Shown: in pieces, positions 23,859-28,122 of the stretch
Numbering within the stretch: the stretch's first letter is position 1
Layout: each line of letters starts with the position of its first letter
Origin: Bugula neritina
Lineage: Eukaryota; Animalia; Bryozoa
Reading direction: 5' to 3'
NCBI GenBank assembly: GCA_964035545.1
Contig: CAXIUT010000155.1
Span: forward strand, 21,394-49,515
DNA: 28,122 bases
Translations under genes and position numbers: made by a program
The notes under the pieces: generated by a model
Databases searched by the model: none
The model's input: the letters and a program-made list of their open reading frames with translations, nothing else
Told to the model about the DNA's origin: nothing

Positions 23859-24892
23859 TCAACATAAAGGGTCTTCTCCTTTCCAAACTGGTATGTTTTT
23901 AAGTTGATAAGCCTTCAGTCTTCCTCCTTTATCCAACTTCTACAAGGCTATCACGTCTTCTTCCAACAACTAAAAATCAGTTATATCAAAGTTATCATGA
24001 AGATGATCAGCTTTCTCTGTTTTAGGAATAACAGCCACTCCTCTACAAATCTGATAGTTCAAAATGATTTGAGGAATAGATTTAGCGTACTTGACTGCTA
24101 TTTCTTTTAAAGTTGGTTCTCCCATATAATCAATTTTATCTCCCAAAGGAACCTTTTGATCTTTACCTCCTCGCATCAAAGGACTATAAGCCACCATCAC
24201 TATTTTTAACTTCTTGCATAAAGTAAGCATATTCTTTTGAATCAAATAAGGATGGCACTCGACTTGATTGACCACTGGTTTTTGATCCACAAAAGGATAT
24301 AAATTCAAAATAGCCTGAATAGTAAAATTAGCCAAACCAATACTTTTTACCAATCCTTTTTCCTTACATTTTTATAACAATTGCCATCCAGCTTTCATTG
24401 ACTGTCTCTTTACCTATGGCTTATCCTCTCCTTCAGCTGGAGGCTATCCTTCACCTTCCACCACAGGAGCAGGAGGAGGACTTGTCGGACAGTTTAACAT
24501 CACAAGATCAAAATACTCTAACTTCAAACCTTAATATCGTTATTGATACTTTGAAGAGCAGTAGTGATATTTTTTTAAACATCAGCAGTATTGTACACTT
24601 TATAGCTAATAAACATTTTTTCCCTAGGAAAAGATTGTTCAAACTGATCAGGTATTTTCTATCCTTCTTCATCTTCCACTTGTCTCTTAGCCTAAAAGAC
24701 CAATCTTAATGCTTATCCAACAGCACTTTAATTATTATTAACATCGAAGTGAGTATAACCAGCGTTGGCTGCTTTCATGAGGAAGTCATTGATGTTGAAA
24801 GATTTATCATTTGGTCTGAAATTAAGCATTCCAAGACCAAGTAGTGGTAAGAAAGTGCCATCACTCAATGGGACTTTAGGATTCGTGTCCAT
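23859..24892 (-). CDS. Aldo-keto reductase family protein, probable pseudoenzyme; intron 24530-24549
   Basis: LPLLGLG, GYTHFD, NESAVGEALR, REKMFISYKV, LEYFDLVML, GLVKSIGLANF, VNQVECHPYL, VAYSPL and GVAVIPKT are AKR motifs. 338 codons. Confidence 0.92.
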
Positions 24893-25074
24893 CAGTTATA
24901 TTATTTAATTTATAATCAACACTATTCATGCTCAGATTTCTTGAGAAGATATTTCACTTTCAATATTGGTATAATTTTTTTCATTTCTCAATATACTAGA
25001 AGTCAGTGATTTGTAATTAGAATAATCAGCGATATCAGATGTTGGTTATATTATCAATTATTATAAAGAAACAA

Positions 25075-25977
25075 ATGCTTCCATTAATTCTATCACTAAT
25101 ATTGTACAGTTATGTGCAAACTGCCATCATTCCTTACTCATCACAACCTCCTTCATCTCCTAGAAGCTCTTTATCCAATCAGGCCTATTACTCCTCATCA
25201 TTGGCAAGAACATACACATATTCACTTAGACTTTCAAAATAAATTGGACTCAAAACAAAAGAGTTCAGTGCATATGTCTCCTTTGCTGCCACGAAAAAGA
25301 ACTGTGAAGCTCATTAGTGTTACTATGGATGGATTCATAATTATACATCATAGTTTGAGGATTCAGTGAAAGGATATAGCTCTTAAAATAGAAATTCAGC
25401 CAATCCTATTTTCAAGATAGCACTATTCACTAGCAACAACACCTTTTCCCTTAGTTCAAATCCTACTTAAGATCCAAAAATGTAAACTCTGTTGAATCTA
25501 TCATCAACAATCCTAAATCCTTTATTCTCCCAAATAAGTTCACTCAACCCATTCAACAAAGATATAAAATCCCTCTCAGTCTATGAGTTTCTATCCATAG
25601 AACAGCTGGTTCAGAACTAAATCAATATCGACAAGTTAAACCTTATTCCACCAATTAGTGCTCTCTCAAATAAATCATCAGTCAATCATACATTTATGGC
25701 CTGGAATATCACTTCTAAATAATAAAGTAATATCTAAGATACTATCACGATTGATAATCGAACGAATAGCATCCTTTCTAGAAAAATATAGATGAAATAC
25801 AACAAAGATAATAGAAGTAAGATAGATATTGATCTAAAACTATAAAAGAATAGTAAATTTATGTCACTAGTTCCCATTCAAATTAATATCGATAAATATC
25901 AAAAATATCAATAAAACTTTCAAATACTTCCTTCAACTGTTCAACCCTCACAAATACTTATGTCTTTTCCAATATGA
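25075..25977 (+). CDS. Hypothetical secreted protein (300 aa)
   Basis: Starts with a hydrophobic signal-like peptide MLPLILSLILYSYVQTA (alternative in-frame ATG at 25039). 301 codons ending in TGA. Confidence 0.7.
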
Positions 25978-26028
25978 TTTTACTTTTCTTATTATTTTGA
26001 ATTTTAAATAATTAACTATAATTAACGG

Positions 26029-28002
26029 ATGATAAGAGGATAGACCTAGAACAACATGATAAGTTTCGTTCGCACCTACACATCAAGTCCAAACAACAGA
26101 TCAAAGAGCAAGAAGAAAGGAATAACAAGAATAGCCCAAATAAATTCAAACTCAAAATAAAAACAAATAGATTTCAAACCAATCTAAGTAAACAACTTCA
26201 ACGACTAAAACTACAACTCCAGTAACAGATAAACCCCACAGCTAAATAAATAATACCCATAATCAGCTATCAATAGATCACATCCATACTAATAGCAAAT
26301 ATCACAAGAATAGACAGAGAAGAGATAGTTTGCCAAACGATCAGTCAAGCGATAAAAATTTATCTAGAGTCAATATATAGCCTGCAATGAAGATATGGAG
26401 AAATTGATAAATTAAAAACAAGCAATGCAAGAACAAATCAATCAAATATAAGTATAAAATAATCTACTCAAAATGAATATGCACATACAGGAACAATATA
26501 TACTCAAAATACAAACAGAAGTTGACTACTATCGACGTAAATAAAATAATATCAACTATGTTAGTCATAAATAAACTATATAATAGTCTATGCAGTGCAA
26601 TATCGAACCAATAGTTAGTAAAAATAATGAAGAGATTCAGTGTGATTTGGGAGATAGTTAGAGAAAGAGATTTCAATAGTATGCTCATGAACTGTTGAAG
26701 CAAACTTAGGAATTCAATCAGATAATAAAAAATCAATAATTATAAAATAAATAACTAAAACATTAAAATAAGTAGATGTCAGTTCATGTAGCATAATTGT
26801 AACTATATCAACAACAATCTCTATCGTAAACCAATAGAAATCAATAATAGATAATAAAATTAAAAAATATTGAACATACTCTTTATGATAACTTTAAATT
26901 AAAATAGATCGATCTAAAAAATAAAATATTCTTTCTTTAAGACAACAAAAACATAATATAAAAAGAACTATAACTCAAAATATATCAACTAGAATAGGCA
27001 TAAAGATTTATTAGTAAATTATAACAATAAAGAAATGAAATATATTAACTAAAAAACAAAACTCTTCAACAATAACAATAAAACATAAAAGGTAAATAAT
27101 AACTAAATCAACTACTTATCTTCTTAGATCGACAAAGACAAATGCTATCTACTCAAACAAACCAATCATAAGTAGTATATTCACCTCTAAAATAAATAAA
27201 CAAAAAGGAATAAAATAAATTGAGTAATACAAAAAGTAAAATATAAATTATAGTTGGAGATCTAGTCAGATAGAAACAGTCATACAATATGAAAGGATAA
27301 ATAAGTAATCAATAGAATTAGAATTGGATAAAACAAAGATAAAATTAAAGATAAGATAAAAAATATCTTATTAAAAAATTAAATTAATTTTAAATTATTA
27401 TCAGTAAACTATAAAATTAAAATAAACGGTTGATTAGTAGTATAGATATTAGCTAAAAATAATTATAAATTAAAAGTAAAGCACTATAATAAACTAGAAA
27501 TTAACTTCTAGAACTAACAGAACTTACAGAATAAACGATTAATCAAGGTAAAAAAGAACTACTTAAATAAAAATCACTATATTAGTAAAATATCAATAAA
27601 GCTACCTCTTAAATAGCTAAATTATAAAGATAACTTCATAAAGCCAGGTCATAAATATTACAACTATCTTAAAAATATCAATAAAAAGCAAAACAATTCG
27701 CATAACTAAAACAATAAAAAGTAAACCTCTTATGTGAACTATAAAACTAATAAAAATCATTAAAACAAGAAACAAGAACTTAGCTAGATCTCATAAACAG
27801 AACCTATAGCAACCGCATCCACTAGTTATAACTTGACATAAAAAAGATATAATCCTAACTGCATCAATAGATCACCTCAAACAAACGAAAGGAATAATAG
27901 CATGACACTAGAATATCAACAGTAAAGAAAGATTACGACATCCTTTACAACAAATACATCAAGTATAAAAATATAGCAACAGTTTTGCAAAAAAAACATT
28001 GA
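26029..28002 (+). CDS. Hypothetical long coiled-coil protein (657 aa)
   Basis: ATG and TGA in the same frame 658 codons apart; very E/Q/K-rich, many TAA/TAG codons; ends 57 bp before the right telomere. Confidence 0.75.
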
Positions 28003-28059
28003 TCATATAATATAATATCTTATATACAACTATTTAATTAGATATTTTATTTGAAGTAT

Positions 28060-28122
28060 GGGGTTGGGGTTGGGGTTGGGGTTGGGGTTGGGGTTGGGGT
28101 TGGGGTTGGGGTTGGGGTTGGG
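28060..28122 (+). repeat. Right telomere, (GGGGTT)n
   Basis: About 10 tandem G4T2 units running to the end of the window. Confidence 0.97.

Noticed and set aside
527-26736. Supplied six-frame ORFs taken as genes, or the window read as pseudogene-rich
   Set aside because: They were computed with TAA/TAG as stops. Most are antisense or off-frame shadows, and the rest are fragments of longer genes that are intact in the TAR=Glu code.
1-28122. Standard ciliate code (TAR=Gln), split code (TAA=Lys, TAG=Glu) or TGA as a sense codon
   Set aside because: Both TAA and TAG occupy conserved Glu positions, and no spliced gene model needs an internal TGA.

Overview
This is eukaryotic DNA: apparently a complete, telomere-to-telomere ~28-kb macronuclear chromosome of a ciliate, with (CCCCAA)n at the left end and (GGGGTT)n at the right. 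The supplied ORF track uses the wrong code. Conserved motifs show that TAA and TAG both encode glutamate and TGA is the only stop (peritrich-type code, NCBI table 30), so the host is probably a peritrich ciliate (inference). Hand translation in that code gives 21 tightly packed genes: HP1-like chromo/chromoshadow protein, FAAH-like amidase, TBC Rab-GAP, R2R3-Myb, B-box/Kelch protein, TBCC, a possible bS21m, a 2xRRM protein, AHI1/jouberin, a TPR-C2 protein, KXD1, a FAR1-like Mutator transposase derivative, a TPR protein, an aldo-keto reductase-like protein, a secreted protein and six hypotheticals. Four things stand out. (1) Sixteen tiny introns, 14 of them exactly 20 nt, all with the pattern GTA...A-NNN-AG (invariant A at -6). 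(2) A 90-bp telomeric tract lies in frame inside the TPR gene. (3) The Mutator transposase looks domesticated and catalytically degenerate. (4) The AKR lacks its catalytic Tyr and His. Homology calls come from recalled family motifs; no database search was run.
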